Shown here: one piece after another, positions 26,001 through 35,097 of the stretch | How the letters are laid out: each line of letters opens with the position of its first letter | Numbering within the stretch: the first letter of the stretch is position 1 | Source of the DNA: an uncultured Gammaproteobacteria bacterium | GTDB taxonomy: Bacteria > Patescibacteriota > Microgenomatia > Levybacterales > UBA12049 | Direction: 5' to 3' | DNA length: 64,000 nucleotides | NCBI GenBank assembly: GCA_964424775.1 | Contig: CAYRJZ010000001.1 | Location: 204,748-268,747, forward strand | Translations under genes and position numbers: made by a program | The notes under the pieces: generated by a model | What the model saw: the letters and a program-made list of their open reading frames with translations, nothing else | What the model was told of the DNA's origin: nothing | The model's database searches: none

Positions 26001-27319
26001 AAAGAGGCAATACGATTGCACAGGCTATACTTGCTGCCACAACATCAGATTCAGAGTCAAGCGAAATAACAGATGAGAATATGAGTGAATTTATTGACAA
26101 CCTTCAATCTTCTCTTTCAATAATAAGTAATCAATCAGACGTAAAGCCTGAAGATGTAAAAAAAGTTCTTCTCTCGCTTAGTAACGTCGAAAAAGTAAAT
26201 GATGAAAAAGATAAAGAGTTATATACACAATTAAAACAAGAAATACTCATGAACTCATCGAGCTCGCTTGCTCAACAGCTGAGGGAGGTGCTGAATAATC
26301 CTTCAAATGCTGTTTCACTTGACAAATTATCATCAGATATTCAATTAGCTAAAGCAAATGGGGATAAAATAGCTGAAGATCTTACACTGCTTATCCCCTC
26401 ACAGGCAAAATTGGGAGTTTTACAGCAAAATTCTCTTGTAACAAAAATACAAAATACTCTTCAGACAGTACAGGGCTATCAAGCACAAAACATGATGCGT
26501 TTTCTTGAGAAATTAGGAAATCCTGAGCAGATTAGTGTTGCAACTGAGAGAACGAACTTCACCAAACTTGTTGAGCGTTTAAGTCAGGAACAGGACATGA
26601 ATAATCTTGCAGCAACACTTCTAAAAGTAGCCAAAGATGAAAACAAAGAATTACGGGTTTCTGAAGTGTACAGTGTGCTTAAAAATGAAGTACAAAAAGG
26701 TGATCCATTAGCTCTTTATATAACTCAATCCCTCCTTATTCCTTCAAAAGAAATGGGTTCGTCTGTTAAAGAGATTTATAAAGAAATTGTGCGAGAAAAG
26801 GAAAAAGGAAATAAAGTGGCTGAGGAAATTCTTGATAGTTTAGCAAAACCTCAAGTAAAAACAAGAAAATTTGGATCATTTGCATTACCTCGGCAAAATA
26901 GAGTCCAGCAGGTAACTCTTGATGATTATGAAGCAGTTAAAAAATTATGGTACGAGATATACTTGCAGTCAGATGTACCAAAAAATGGGGAGGCAGTACA
27001 GACACGTGAAGAATGGATTAAGAGCGATCAAAAAGCAATACAGCGTGTCATTAATCTGCTTTCATCAGAGATTGAAGAAGAAAATGCATTAGGAATGGAG
27101 ATGGTAAAGGATATCTTGCCTTTCCTCTTTATCGGAGGGTTTAGTAACGACGAAGTGATAGGGTATTTGAAAGCAAAGTTAGAAGCAGGTAGTATGGCAC
27201 TTGAGACTCTTAAAGCCAGAAATGAGGGGGAAGACACGAAAATTTTGGTAGATAATTTAAATGAACAATCTCAAAACCAGAATGTTCAAGAAATATCGCT
27301 TGAGAAAAAGCAAGGCTAA
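23060..27319 (+). CDS. giant secreted polytopic membrane protein with tandemly duplicated C-terminal helical-repeat module (hypothetical)
   Basis: 1419 aa. Signal peptide MKKFLPKLLLFVVILTCFVAVPRPTQAQ. ~70-aa extracytoplasmic segment. 5-6 TM helices within aa 90-350. Then ~1000 aa hydrophilic, built of two diverged copies of a ~480-540-aa unit, each made of ~35-aa helical repeats of the form ..REKL....G..LA..LL.. Open frame with no stops. Confidence 0.6.
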   Translation: MKKFLPKLLLFVVILTCFVAVPRPTQAQNLDTQLPQVGSWIRDPEVTRVGKNASRSGMLLDWTLKEYRWTAQSYDGTNNPLVPFWQIVQRIVYALFLVVIMITAFILIVTRGKSLSAKRFLPRFFLVILLVTFSFSLVQFLYQITDIFQGFFLRNPQGAIISSKDLLFIGFDYRTFEGLRRFGPDFDETAFTSLLFVKLTAFTYYAMSILLIIRKIILWFFVVISPVFPLLILFYPVRNTAKIWIGEFFRWLLYAPLFAIFLSGLVRLWQSNLPLLFSNEGVGDPSKIIYPTAINILLGGPQQQVGINNSINLPDTFALYLVAIIMLWVVIILPFILLQIFLDYMMAFNYRENPAVKQMMGIINNRLAPPSNPKTPVIPVGPATTGMARNLPFTRKYTAPTSTGLAREIPQARTISQRTRIDRTTPVLRSKTAEISRLTNLSIPTMRDIARYEREKLANSVLMQKESVRTQEILRNIANPASISTVTERDRFRQIREKLVNESTKGDQISSSVLNAASLFNSYVTSTSTQSASSTLQTIIQQLTNPSVITNTTDREKITEIREKLNSVKDSGKEYVSSILKSISVQDKSQMKETSLQSVLQKLSQTNSITDQKEKLQYQSLREKITDASRSGNQLATLVRESLEKSTSTEQVKHIQQELIRAKEQGNPLAGEILKQAQNESKKEVDSQTLITQLEEAKKQGDPLATLLLQLITQKKSQTQKAPVPANAKTKTGSFPVVNRIQQVSLDDYEAVKKMWSENYRDLEVPQSISGTQSRKQWISSDILDIEQTISLLTSQNSADVEDGMKQVADILPFLLIGGFSQTEIVAYLKAKLEAGKSVLEEVEKQVEEEDTLLETKRRTTENEKHLAASQEINETNYSQNNAQSITNNFNTTNISNENIETTDVQSGVSTPSNTLLQLTHLSLPTIKDIVRFEQSKIAERKEMLSESERILTYLAHPERLNPEERVKYQELHDQLLSESERGNTIAQAILAATTSDSESSEITDENMSEFIDNLQSSLSIISNQSDVKPEDVKKVLLSLSNVEKVNDEKDKELYTQLKQEILMNSSSSLAQQLREVLNNPSNAVSLDKLSSDIQLAKANGDKIAEDLTLLIPSQAKLGVLQQNSLVTKIQNTLQTVQGYQAQNMMRFLEKLGNPEQISVATERTNFTKLVERLSQEQDMNNLAATLLKVAKDENKELRVSEVYSVLKNEVQKGDPLALYITQSLLIPSKEMGSSVKEIYKEIVREKEKGNKVAEEILDSLAKPQVKTRKFGSFALPRQNRVQQVTLDDYEAVKKLWYEIYLQSDVPKNGEAVQTREEWIKSDQKAIQRVINLLSSEIEEENALGMEMVKDILPFLFIGGFSNDEVIGYLKAKLEAGSMALETLKARNEGEDTKILVDNLNEQSQNQNVQEISLEKKQG
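24380..27300 (+). repeat. intragenic tandem duplication (two ~1.45-1.6 kb units) inside the giant ORF
   Basis: Protein blocks LSIPTMRDIARYEREK / LSLPTIKDIVRFEQSK (nt ~24381 and ~25826). FPVVNRIQQVSLDDYEAVKKMW / FALPRQNRVQQVTLDDYEAVKKLW (nt ~25261 and ~26881). VADILPFLLIGGFSQTEIVAYLKAKLEAGKSVLEEVEKQVEEEDTLLE / VKDILPFLFIGGFSNDEVIGYLKAKLEAGSMALETLKARNEGEDTKIL (nt ~25488 and ~27111). Short stretches are near-identical at DNA level (gatgattatgaagcagt, gatatcttgcc). Confidence 0.7.
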
Positions 27320-27358
27320 GTACTTGCTCTTTCCTGTCTATTAGTATTTAATTAATGT

Positions 27359-30031
27359 ATGCTTGGTAACCTGTTCAACCAACATAAAGAAGAGAAGTTA
27401 GATGCAGCTCCTCAGTCAAATGGAGATGCAACACAGACTGATCCTCAGCAACCACAAGAGCCATCTTCAAGTCCAACTGTAGGATCACGCATGGATCCAA
27501 GTTTTCGACAGAATTTATCAGCCTTATCTCATTTAGACTCTCGTACTACTCAAGTCCTCCATCATGCTCAAGATGAAACGAAGAGAATTAGACAACCTCT
27601 CATTGAACCTGAACAAATATTAATTGGTCTTTTATATGACGAGTCAGTTTTTAAATTGCTAGAACAATTTGATGTAGATGTAGCAAAGCTTGCACAAGAG
27701 CTCCAGACAAAGGAGCAACTCGGAACATTTTCTGGACAGCCAACATTAAGTAATGATACGACATCACTTTTTGAACAAGCATACAGAGAGGCAAAAGGAA
27801 GAGATGCAAGTTTTGTAACTCCTGAAGATGTCTTACTCATTCTATGTAATAGTAATATGGAAGCTGCAAAAAAATTGCAAGAAAAGGGGATATCCAAACA
27901 GGCTGTCTCTGAGAAAATCACGAAAAGTGCTAATTTTTCAAAAGGTGGAAAAAAATCTGTATTAGAACAGTTTGCAATTGATCTTACTGAGGAAGCGCGT
28001 GCAGGCAAACTCGATCCAATTGCTGGTCGAGATAAAGAAACAGAACGACTCATTCATATTCTTCTTAGACGAACAAAAAATAATCCTATCATTATCGGAG
28101 AAGCTGGTGTTGGTAAGACAGCAATAGTGGAAGGTCTCGCATTAAAAATTGTTTCTTCACAAGTGCCTAAAGAGTTAAGTGGACGGAAGATTTTTCAACT
28201 CGATCTGGCTTCTCTTGTTGCAGGCGCGAGTCATAGAGGAGAGTTTGAAGAAAGACTCAAAGGAGTAATTAATGAGGCGATAGCATCTCAGGGTCAGATA
28301 ATTCTATTTATAGATGAGATCCATACCCTTATTGGTGCTGGAGACACTGATGGAGCATTGGATGCGTCAAATATTATTAAACCTCATCTGGCTCGTGGTC
28401 ATATGCAGATAATTGGGACCACAACGACTACAGAGTATCGAAAGCATTTTGAGAAGGATAAAGCTTTTGAGAGAAGATTTCAGCCAATAATAGCTGAAGA
28501 GCCAACTGAAGAAGTTGCTGTCGAAATGTTAAAAGTACTTAAAACTAAGTACGAAAAATTCCATAATGTTACTCTTCCTGATGACACCTTAACAGCAGCT
28601 GTTAAGTTGTCCAAAAAGTATATTGGTGAGCGGTACCTTCCTGATAAGGCAGTTGACCTTCTCGATGAAGCAGCAGCTGAGGTAAAACTTGAGAGTGGCG
28701 GAGGTAAACGACAGGATACACAGGTCGTGAAGAAAGATATTGAAAAGGTTGTTTCTGATTGGACAGGAATTCCAATTACTAAATTAACAGAAGATGAGAG
28801 TCAAAAACTTCTTAATCTTGAAAAGAAAATTCATGACCGACTTATAGATCAAGTAGAGGCAGTGACAGCGGTTGCTGAAGCTGTAAGGAGAGGTCGAATA
28901 GGTCTTGCACCTGCAAATAGACCAATTGCTTCATTTATTTTTCTTGGTCCAACCGGAGTAGGAAAGACAGAACTTGCCAAAACATTAGCAGAAATTTTAT
29001 TTGGCCGTGACGATGCATTAGTTCGACTTGATATGAGTGAGTATATGGAAAAGCATGAAGTGGCTAAATTAATTGGTGCACCTCCTGGGTATGTCGGATA
29101 TGAAGAAGGAGGACAACTTACTGAAGCAGTCCGGGCAAAACCATACTCTATTGTCCTTCTTGATGAAGTTGAAAAGGCCCATCCAGATGTCTTTAATATT
29201 CTCCTTCAGCTTTTGGAAGACGGTCGTCTAACTGATAATAAAGGAAATACAATCTCGTTTAAAAATACGATTGTGATATGTACTTCTAATATAGGAAGCG
29301 CACTTATTCAGCAACAACTGACTGAAAAGGATGATGTTACTCTAACTCAAACAGATGAACAACAAGCGCAGCTCTTTGCAGAACTAACCTCAACTGTTAA
29401 TGGTGAGCTTCGAAAATTCTTCAGACCTGAATTATTAAATAGATTTGATGACGTGGTAATATTTAAGCCTTTAAGACGACAAGACATGTCACAAATTGCA
29501 AAGCTTGGCATTGCTAAAACTGGTAAACTTCTTGAGGAACAAGGATATCATATTCAGACAAGTGACAAAGCACTTGCTCAACTTGCAAAAGAAGGATATG
29601 AACCTGCAAATGGTGCTAGACCATTACGAAGACTTATACAGTCTTCTATTGAAAATCAAATTGCACTTCTTCTTATTAATAAAACGTTCGCACCTGGAGA
29701 TACAATAGTAATCGATTATGATGAGAGTAAGTCTGAATTTGTCTTCAACAAAGGAACAGCACAAGTTGTATCACCTACAGCGGATAATGTATCAGAAAAG
29801 ACAGATTCTTCTCCAGATTCAATGCCTGTTGCAACAAATACACAAGAAGTTACACAACAGCCCTCACAACCGCAAGTCGTATCTGGAGACATGCAAGCAA
29901 ATTCAGCAGTCAATCAGCCACAGACTCAGTTTGCCCCACCGAATTTTAACCCTCCTTTTCTGAAAAAAGAGGATAATAATTCACAAACAACGCCAAATGG
30001 CGTCATCCAAGCCTCAGCTGCTGTCAATTAA
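27359..30031 (+). CDS. clpC: ClpC-type AAA+ chaperone ATPase (two NBDs, Clp N-domain repeats, short linker, Q/P-rich C-terminal tail)
   Basis: Clp_N repeats in aa 60-200. NBD1 Walker [16 protein letters not shown] and Walker [12 protein letters not shown]2 [49 protein letters not shown]. No long ClpB-type middle coiled coil. C-terminal ~90 aa low-complexity. Confidence 0.85.
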   Translation: MLGNLFNQHKEEKLDAAPQSNGDATQTDPQQPQEPSSSPTVGSRMDPSFRQNLSALSHLDSRTTQVLHHAQDETKRIRQPLIEPEQILIGLLYDESVFKLLEQFDVDVAKLAQELQTKEQLGTFSGQPTLSNDTTSLFEQAYREAKGRDASFVTPEDVLLILCNSNMEAAKKLQEKGISKQAVSEKITKSANFSKGGKKSVLEQFAIDLTEEARAGKLDPIAGRDKETERLIHILLRRTKNNPIIIGEAGVGKTAIVEGLALKIVSSQVPKELSGRKIFQLDLASLVAGASHRGEFEERLKGVINEAIASQGQIILFIDEIHTLIGAGDTDGALDASNIIKPHLARGHMQIIGTTTTTEYRKHFEKDKAFERRFQPIIAEEPTEEVAVEMLKVLKTKYEKFHNVTLPDDTLTAAVKLSKKYIGERYLPDKAVDLLDEAAAEVKLESGGGKRQDTQVVKKDIEKVVSDWTGIPITKLTEDESQKLLNLEKKIHDRLIDQVEAVTAVAEAVRRGRIGLAPANRPIASFIFLGPTGVGKTELAKTLAEILFGRDDALVRLDMSEYMEKHEVAKLIGAPPGYVGYEEGGQLTEAVRAKPYSIVLLDEVEKAHPDVFNILLQLLEDGRLTDNKGNTISFKNTIVICTSNIGSALIQQQLTEKDDVTLTQTDEQQAQLFAELTSTVNGELRKFFRPELLNRFDDVVIFKPLRRQDMSQIAKLGIAKTGKLLEEQGYHIQTSDKALAQLAKEGYEPANGARPLRRLIQSSIENQIALLLINKTFAPGDTIVIDYDESKSEFVFNKGTAQVVSPTADNVSEKTDSSPDSMPVATNTQEVTQQPSQPQVVSGDMQANSAVNQPQTQFAPPNFNPPFLKKEDNNSQTTPNGVIQASAAVN

Positions 30032-30404
30032 CTTGTTCTTTCAGGTTAAAGATCCTATACTTTTATATGTAGGAATGTCTGCCTTAATTTCTCTGCCAGT
30101 TTATTTTTTGCGATTTTGGTACTTAGAAGTACCTTCTCGCATGCTTGATTATTTCCTTACTCTCAATCAGGCATTCTTTCAATTATTCTCATTGCCACTT
30201 TTTGTCAGGACATTTTTCCTCCCTCTTAAAAATGAATATAGGAAAGGTCTTGTTGGATTTTCTTTAGGTATGGGAATTGCAGTCAAACTTCTTCTCATAA
30301 TTGTAGATGTCTTATTATTTCTTCTCTTATTACTGCTTGAACTTGTTCTAATTGCAGGATTTATGCTTTTTCCTATACTTACTTTACTTATACTTATATG
30401 GTAG
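29997..30404 (+). CDS. small integral membrane protein, hypothetical
   Basis: 135 aa, 3-4 TM helices. Starts inside the clpC 3' end. Its stop overlaps the next start in an ATGGTAG arrangement. Confidence 0.35.
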   Translation: MASSKPQLLSINLFFQVKDPILLYVGMSALISLPVYFLRFWYLEVPSRMLDYFLTLNQAFFQLFSLPLFVRTFFLPLKNEYRKGLVGFSLGMGIAVKLLLIIVDVLLFLLLLLLELVLIAGFMLFPILTLLILIW

Positions 30405-32803
30405 CTTCACAGAAACAACTTATTTCAATCTACGCAATATACCGTTCTGCGCTCATTCGAACGATACGCTTTTTTCTTTTCATATCTCTGTTATTACTTC
30501 TTGTGTTTACTACAACTCAAGGCGGGGATATACGTATCCCATTATTCTTTTTTAACATTTTCCTTATGACGGAGATCTTTTATCGATATAAAATTTCTCG
30601 TCTCAGACCTGCGAGAAAAGTCTCGGAAATATCTGAGGATGAAGCAGTTGCAGCTTGTACACAGCTCGTTTTATATGCACTCTATTCTGCAAGTTCAGCA
30701 GAAGAGCTCGTCAGACATCTTTTTTCTACTCACCAAGCAAAATTTATGCTAGAGAGATGCGGGCTTTCTCCAGAAGAGCTTCCTCACAGTCAGATTGATG
30801 CAGGAACGCTTCTTCGTTATGCACACAAGCTTGTGAAGAGTGTTGAAGGTGAGTACATAACTACTGCTGACATATTAGCTGCCTACATTATGTATGTTGA
30901 GCCTGAAGCACACTTACTCCTTTCAAAGAAACTTCGTGAAGATGAATTTATGGACATATTAAAGTGGACTCGTTGGAGGTTTCAGCAAGAAGAAAAACCG
31001 CAGAAATTAGAAGTTCATTTTAGCGGAAGCGGTATAGGAGATGGTCTCATCACAGGTTGGACACTTGAAACGAAGAAATACACGCGTGATTTTAGTCTGG
31101 ATGCTCTTCAAAAAAATACGTCAATCTTTGGAAGAGAAAAAGAGTATGATCTTGTTCAGGAAACATTGGCAAAAGCACAAAATAACAATATTCTTCTCAT
31201 AGGGGAACAAGGAGCAGGAAAAGAAGGTCTCATTCGGAAGTTTGCTATTGAAAGTTATATGGGGAAGAGTACTCCACATACGAGACACAAGAAAATTCTT
31301 GAAATTCTTGTAGGGCCACTTATTGCTGGTGCAACAAGTAGAGGAGATCTGGAAACACGACTTCAAGCAATAATAGAAGAAGTTTCTCATTCTGGAAATG
31401 TCATTCTCTATATTCCTGAACTTCAGGATATACTAGGAAGTTCATCTTTTTCGATGGATTTATCAGGTGCTCTTTATCCATATCTTCAGAGTGGTAAATT
31501 CCCAATCATCGCGTCATTGACACCTGGCAACTTTAAAACGTACTTGGAAGGAAAGCCACTTGCTCAATTATTTACGCAGATTTCTTTAACAGAGCCTAAA
31601 GAGGAGTCTGCCCTTCGTATGTTAATGGAAGTAAGTCGAGACATTGAGCAGGAGTCTCATGTAGCCATAACATATCGTGCAATCTCCAGTGCTGTATCAC
31701 TTGGAAATAGATATATGCAGGATATGCAACTTCCAGGAAGCGCAGTGCGCCTTCTCCAAGATACTGTAGTAAGGGTGCAACAAACACCTGCGGCGCAACA
31801 AACCTATACTAGAAAACGAATAGTAACTGAAGAAGCGGTTGTTAAGACTGTAGAGGATAAAACTCATATTGCTCTTTCTGAGCCGAATGATGAGGAAAAA
31901 CAGTTGTTATTGCATCTTGAAGACACGCTTCATAAAAAAATTATTGGACAGGATGAGGCTATTAAAGTATTAGCTCAAGCGCTTCGAAGACTGAGGTCAG
32001 GGATGGTTGAAAAAACACGTCCTACGTCATTTCTCTTTTTGGGGCCAACTGGAGTTGGAAAAACAGAAACTGCTAAGACACTCTCTGAGATATATTTTGG
32101 TGGTGAACGGGCAATGATCCGACTCGACATGAGTGAATATGCTGATAGTACTGGTGAGAAAAGATTGCTCGGAGCTCCTCCGGGAGAAGGAGAAGAGCGA
32201 GGAGAATTAACGGAGAAAGTTCGGGACAATCCTTATTCTCTTATTCTTCTCGATGAATTTGAAAAAGCTCATCCGCGCATACTGGATCTCTTCCTACAGG
32301 TTTTTGATGACGGAAGACTGACGGATAATAAAGGACGTACTGTTTCTTTTGTAAATACGATAATTATTGCGACATCGAATGCAGGATCATCTTATATAAG
32401 TGAAGAAGTAAGACAGGGGAGACCTCTGGACAGTAAAAAACTTATTGAGTATCTCCAGTCTCAACACCTCTTTAAACCGGAACTCCTTAATAGATTTGAT
32501 GATGTTGTTACCTTTAGGCCGCTTTCTCAAGTTGAAATACAGAAAATCTCAAAATTACTTCTAGAAGAGATGAAAGAGCGGATGAAAGAACGGGATATCC
32601 ATCTGTCGTTTACGGAAGCAGTTATTCAAAAGATAGGAAAAGATGGATTTGATCCTCAGTTTGGTGCTCGTCCAATTAGACGATACATTCAGGATTCAAT
32701 TGAAGATCTTTTGTCACGAAAAATATTAGCAAACGAAATTCAACGAGGAAATACTCTTCATATTGATGTGAAGGAGAATGTATTTGATGTCACAGTTTCT
32801 TAA
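30398..32803 (+). CDS. membrane-anchored Clp/Hsp100-family ATPase paralog with degenerate NBD1 and intact NBD2
   Basis: Two N-terminal TM helices (FFLFISLLLLLVFTT, IPLFFFNIFLMTEIF). NBD1 Walker A GEQGAGKEG (K followed by E, not S/T) and Walker B position ILYIPEL (Asp replaced). NBD2 intact: [45 protein letters not shown], sensor SNAGS, GARPIRR. Confidence 0.7.
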   Translation: MVASQKQLISIYAIYRSALIRTIRFFLFISLLLLLVFTTTQGGDIRIPLFFFNIFLMTEIFYRYKISRLRPARKVSEISEDEAVAACTQLVLYALYSASSAEELVRHLFSTHQAKFMLERCGLSPEELPHSQIDAGTLLRYAHKLVKSVEGEYITTADILAAYIMYVEPEAHLLLSKKLREDEFMDILKWTRWRFQQEEKPQKLEVHFSGSGIGDGLITGWTLETKKYTRDFSLDALQKNTSIFGREKEYDLVQETLAKAQNNNILLIGEQGAGKEGLIRKFAIESYMGKSTPHTRHKKILEILVGPLIAGATSRGDLETRLQAIIEEVSHSGNVILYIPELQDILGSSSFSMDLSGALYPYLQSGKFPIIASLTPGNFKTYLEGKPLAQLFTQISLTEPKEESALRMLMEVSRDIEQESHVAITYRAISSAVSLGNRYMQDMQLPGSAVRLLQDTVVRVQQTPAAQQTYTRKRIVTEEAVVKTVEDKTHIALSEPNDEEKQLLLHLEDTLHKKIIGQDEAIKVLAQALRRLRSGMVEKTRPTSFLFLGPTGVGKTETAKTLSEIYFGGERAMIRLDMSEYADSTGEKRLLGAPPGEGEERGELTEKVRDNPYSLILLDEFEKAHPRILDLFLQVFDDGRLTDNKGRTVSFVNTIIIATSNAGSSYISEEVRQGRPLDSKKLIEYLQSQHLFKPELLNRFDDVVTFRPLSQVEIQKISKLLLEEMKERMKERDIHLSFTEAVIQKIGKDGFDPQFGARPIRRYIQDSIEDLLSRKILANEIQRGNTLHIDVKENVFDVTVS

Positions 32804-32821
32804 TTGATGTAGAGTAAATAT

Positions 32822-33892
32822 ATGATGAGTAAACTACTAAAATATAATCTCCAAAAAGCTCTTTATTCAAAGTTTAAAGGGAATGGCAGCATGTATGTAC
32901 TTTTTATTTTAGGTACTGCAATGGCTGGTGCTTTCGCATTGACTGGTGGTCTTACTCCTCAACTTAATCCCACCCCTAAAGCTTCAGACCAGGTATTAAT
33001 TGATGAAGAGTCAGCGAACAGAAGTTCAGAGAAGTCTCTTCAATTAGTAGATATTCGTATAAAACCTTCTCCTACTCCCACTTTTACACCGACTCCAACT
33101 CGAACACCGACAGTTACCCCAACACCAGTTGCTTGCCTTAACAGGACTGCAATTTTCGTTCTCGCTGATCTTTCTGCATCCATGCAATTTGACAATAAAA
33201 TGGTTGAATTAAGAAGAGCATTACGACTTCTTCGTGACAAGTTACAGCCAGAAACAGGAATTGGACTTTACGCATTTGGATCATATACAGACTTCTCGTA
33301 TGCGAGTAAACGTGGAGTAAGAGAAATTGTCGCGCTTAATAAATATAGAGATAATAAAGATACGTTTGATCCTGCTGTGAACGGGTTAAGTGAAGGCGGT
33401 CTTGGGGGAACGTATATGAGACCTGGTTTTGAGGTGGCAATAGATAGGCTTAATCGAGCTCAGGAAAGAACGTCATACTTTAGGGATTATCAGTACGTTA
33501 CTATTGTATTCTCCGATGGTGTCCCGGAGAGATCAGGAGCGGATAATCTGGCTGATCGTAACCTTGGAGCATGTGCTCCAGGACGTCAAACAACGTCCGG
33601 GTATTATCAAAAATGTTTTGCACAAGAGCTTGATCCACGGACAGATCTCACGACTCAATTGAAGAGTGAAGGAAAAGTTTATTCTGTCGTAGTCTATGAT
33701 ACTCGAGCGGGTGAAGACGACAGTTACTTTGTTTCACCGGTTGATTCAAATGATAGGCTAAGAACACTTATGAAAGCTGTGGCAACTCAACCTTCAGGTT
33801 CATCGAGTACATATTACGATGTTGAAGTACGAGGAGTAAGTAGACTTGCAAATATTTTTGATAGCATTGTTCAAGGTATCTGTACAAATTAA
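32822..33892 (+). CDS. membrane-anchored extracytoplasmic von Willebrand factor A (vWA) domain protein
   Basis: N-terminal TM (MYVLFILGTAMAGAFALTGGL), TPTFTPTPTRTPTVTPTP linker, complete MIDAS (DLSASM = DxSxS, GGTYMRPG Thr, FSDGVPE Asp). Confidence 0.7.
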   Translation: MMSKLLKYNLQKALYSKFKGNGSMYVLFILGTAMAGAFALTGGLTPQLNPTPKASDQVLIDEESANRSSEKSLQLVDIRIKPSPTPTFTPTPTRTPTVTPTPVACLNRTAIFVLADLSASMQFDNKMVELRRALRLLRDKLQPETGIGLYAFGSYTDFSYASKRGVREIVALNKYRDNKDTFDPAVNGLSEGGLGGTYMRPGFEVAIDRLNRAQERTSYFRDYQYVTIVFSDGVPERSGADNLADRNLGACAPGRQTTSGYYQKCFAQELDPRTDLTTQLKSEGKVYSVVVYDTRAGEDDSYFVSPVDSNDRLRTLMKAVATQPSGSSSTYYDVEVRGVSRLANIFDSIVQGICTN

Positions 33893-33939
33893 ACTCTTAG
33901 GTTGAAGCTATTCCTCTTATCTGGTATACTTAACAGACT

Positions 33940-35061
33940 ATGCCAGCAATACAAAGAAGCGAATTTGCATTAGCACTCAATCAAGTAGCCACAGAGCGTG
34001 GCGTTGACGTCCAAGTTGTACTCGAGACAGTTCAAAACGCTATTCTTGCTGCATACCGAAAAGATCATCCAGATATTGTTGTTGAAGAATTTGCGGCAGA
34101 ACTCAATCCTAATACAGGTGAAGCAAAGATTCTTCACAACGGTGATGATGTTACCCCTCCTGGCTTTGGACGTATTGCAGCTCAGACTGCAAAGCAAGTG
34201 ATTCTTCAAAAGATTCGGGAGAAAGAAAAAGAAGCAATCATTTCTGATTTTCGAGTAAAGATCGGAACTATCGTGAATGGTACTGTTCTTCGTTTTGCAG
34301 GTCCAAATATTATTGTCGATATTGGGAAAACTGAGGCACTTATGCCTGTCTCTGAACAAATTCAGTCAGAAAAGTACCATCAAAATCAACGACTTGTTGT
34401 CTATCTTAAGGAAATTAGGGAAGGTCTCAAAGGAGAGGAAGTTATTGTTTCACGTGCTGATAATGGCCTTTTGGAAGGACTCTTTAAAAGGGAAGTTCCA
34501 GAAGTTGCTCAGGGAAGTGTTGAGATACGGGCAATTGTGAGAGAGCCTGGTAACAGGTCAAAGATTGCCGTGTACTCAGGTCAGCCAGGAATTGATCCAG
34601 TTGGGAGTTGTGTAGGACAAAAAGGAGTTCGTGTTCAAGCAATTATTCAAGAATTTAATGGCCTCGAAAAGATAGATATTATTCAGTGGCAAGAAAATAT
34701 AGCAGCCTATGTTGCAGCAGCTCTCTCTCCTGCAAAACAAGTAAGAGTTGAGTTAAATGAAGAGGAAAAGGTGGCTAAAGTATTTGTACCACAGGAAGAA
34801 CTTTCTCTTGCAATTGGAAAAGAAGGACAAAATGTTCGTCTTGCATCCAAGCTCACAGGTTATAGAATTGAGATAGAAGGAAATGAATCTCCTGTAGAAT
34901 CAACTACTTCAGATGAACAGCCATTAGATGAAGTAGCAGAAGTCTCAGAAGAAACAAGCACGAAAGAAGAAGCATCTGAGGAAGTTGGAGTAGCAGCACC
35001 AGAAGAAACACCAGCAGCCGAAGAATCAACAAAAGAACCAGTAAGCGATGAACAGAAGTAG
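33940..35061 (+). CDS. nusA: transcription termination/antitermination factor NusA (with acidic C-terminal tail)
   Basis: N-terminal NusA domain, S1 and two KH domains (VGSCVGQKGVRVQAI..., AIGKEGQNVRLASKLTGYRIEI). E/S/T-rich tail. Confidence 0.9.
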   Translation: MPAIQRSEFALALNQVATERGVDVQVVLETVQNAILAAYRKDHPDIVVEEFAAELNPNTGEAKILHNGDDVTPPGFGRIAAQTAKQVILQKIREKEKEAIISDFRVKIGTIVNGTVLRFAGPNIIVDIGKTEALMPVSEQIQSEKYHQNQRLVVYLKEIREGLKGEEVIVSRADNGLLEGLFKREVPEVAQGSVEIRAIVREPGNRSKIAVYSGQPGIDPVGSCVGQKGVRVQAIIQEFNGLEKIDIIQWQENIAAYVAAALSPAKQVRVELNEEEKVAKVFVPQEELSLAIGKEGQNVRLASKLTGYRIEIEGNESPVESTTSDEQPLDEVAEVSEETSTKEEASEEVGVAAPEETPAAEESTKEPVSDEQK

Positions 35062-35097
35062 TACTATGAATCAGGCTTACACACATTATCAATTTAT

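Noticed and set aside
29997-32803. Possibility that the 135-aa membrane ORF and the 801-aa Clp paralog are one frameshifted gene
   Set aside because: The junction is a clean ATGGTAG stop/start overlap typical of translational coupling. Both ORFs have their own plausible starts. The large ORF has its own N-terminal TM helices.
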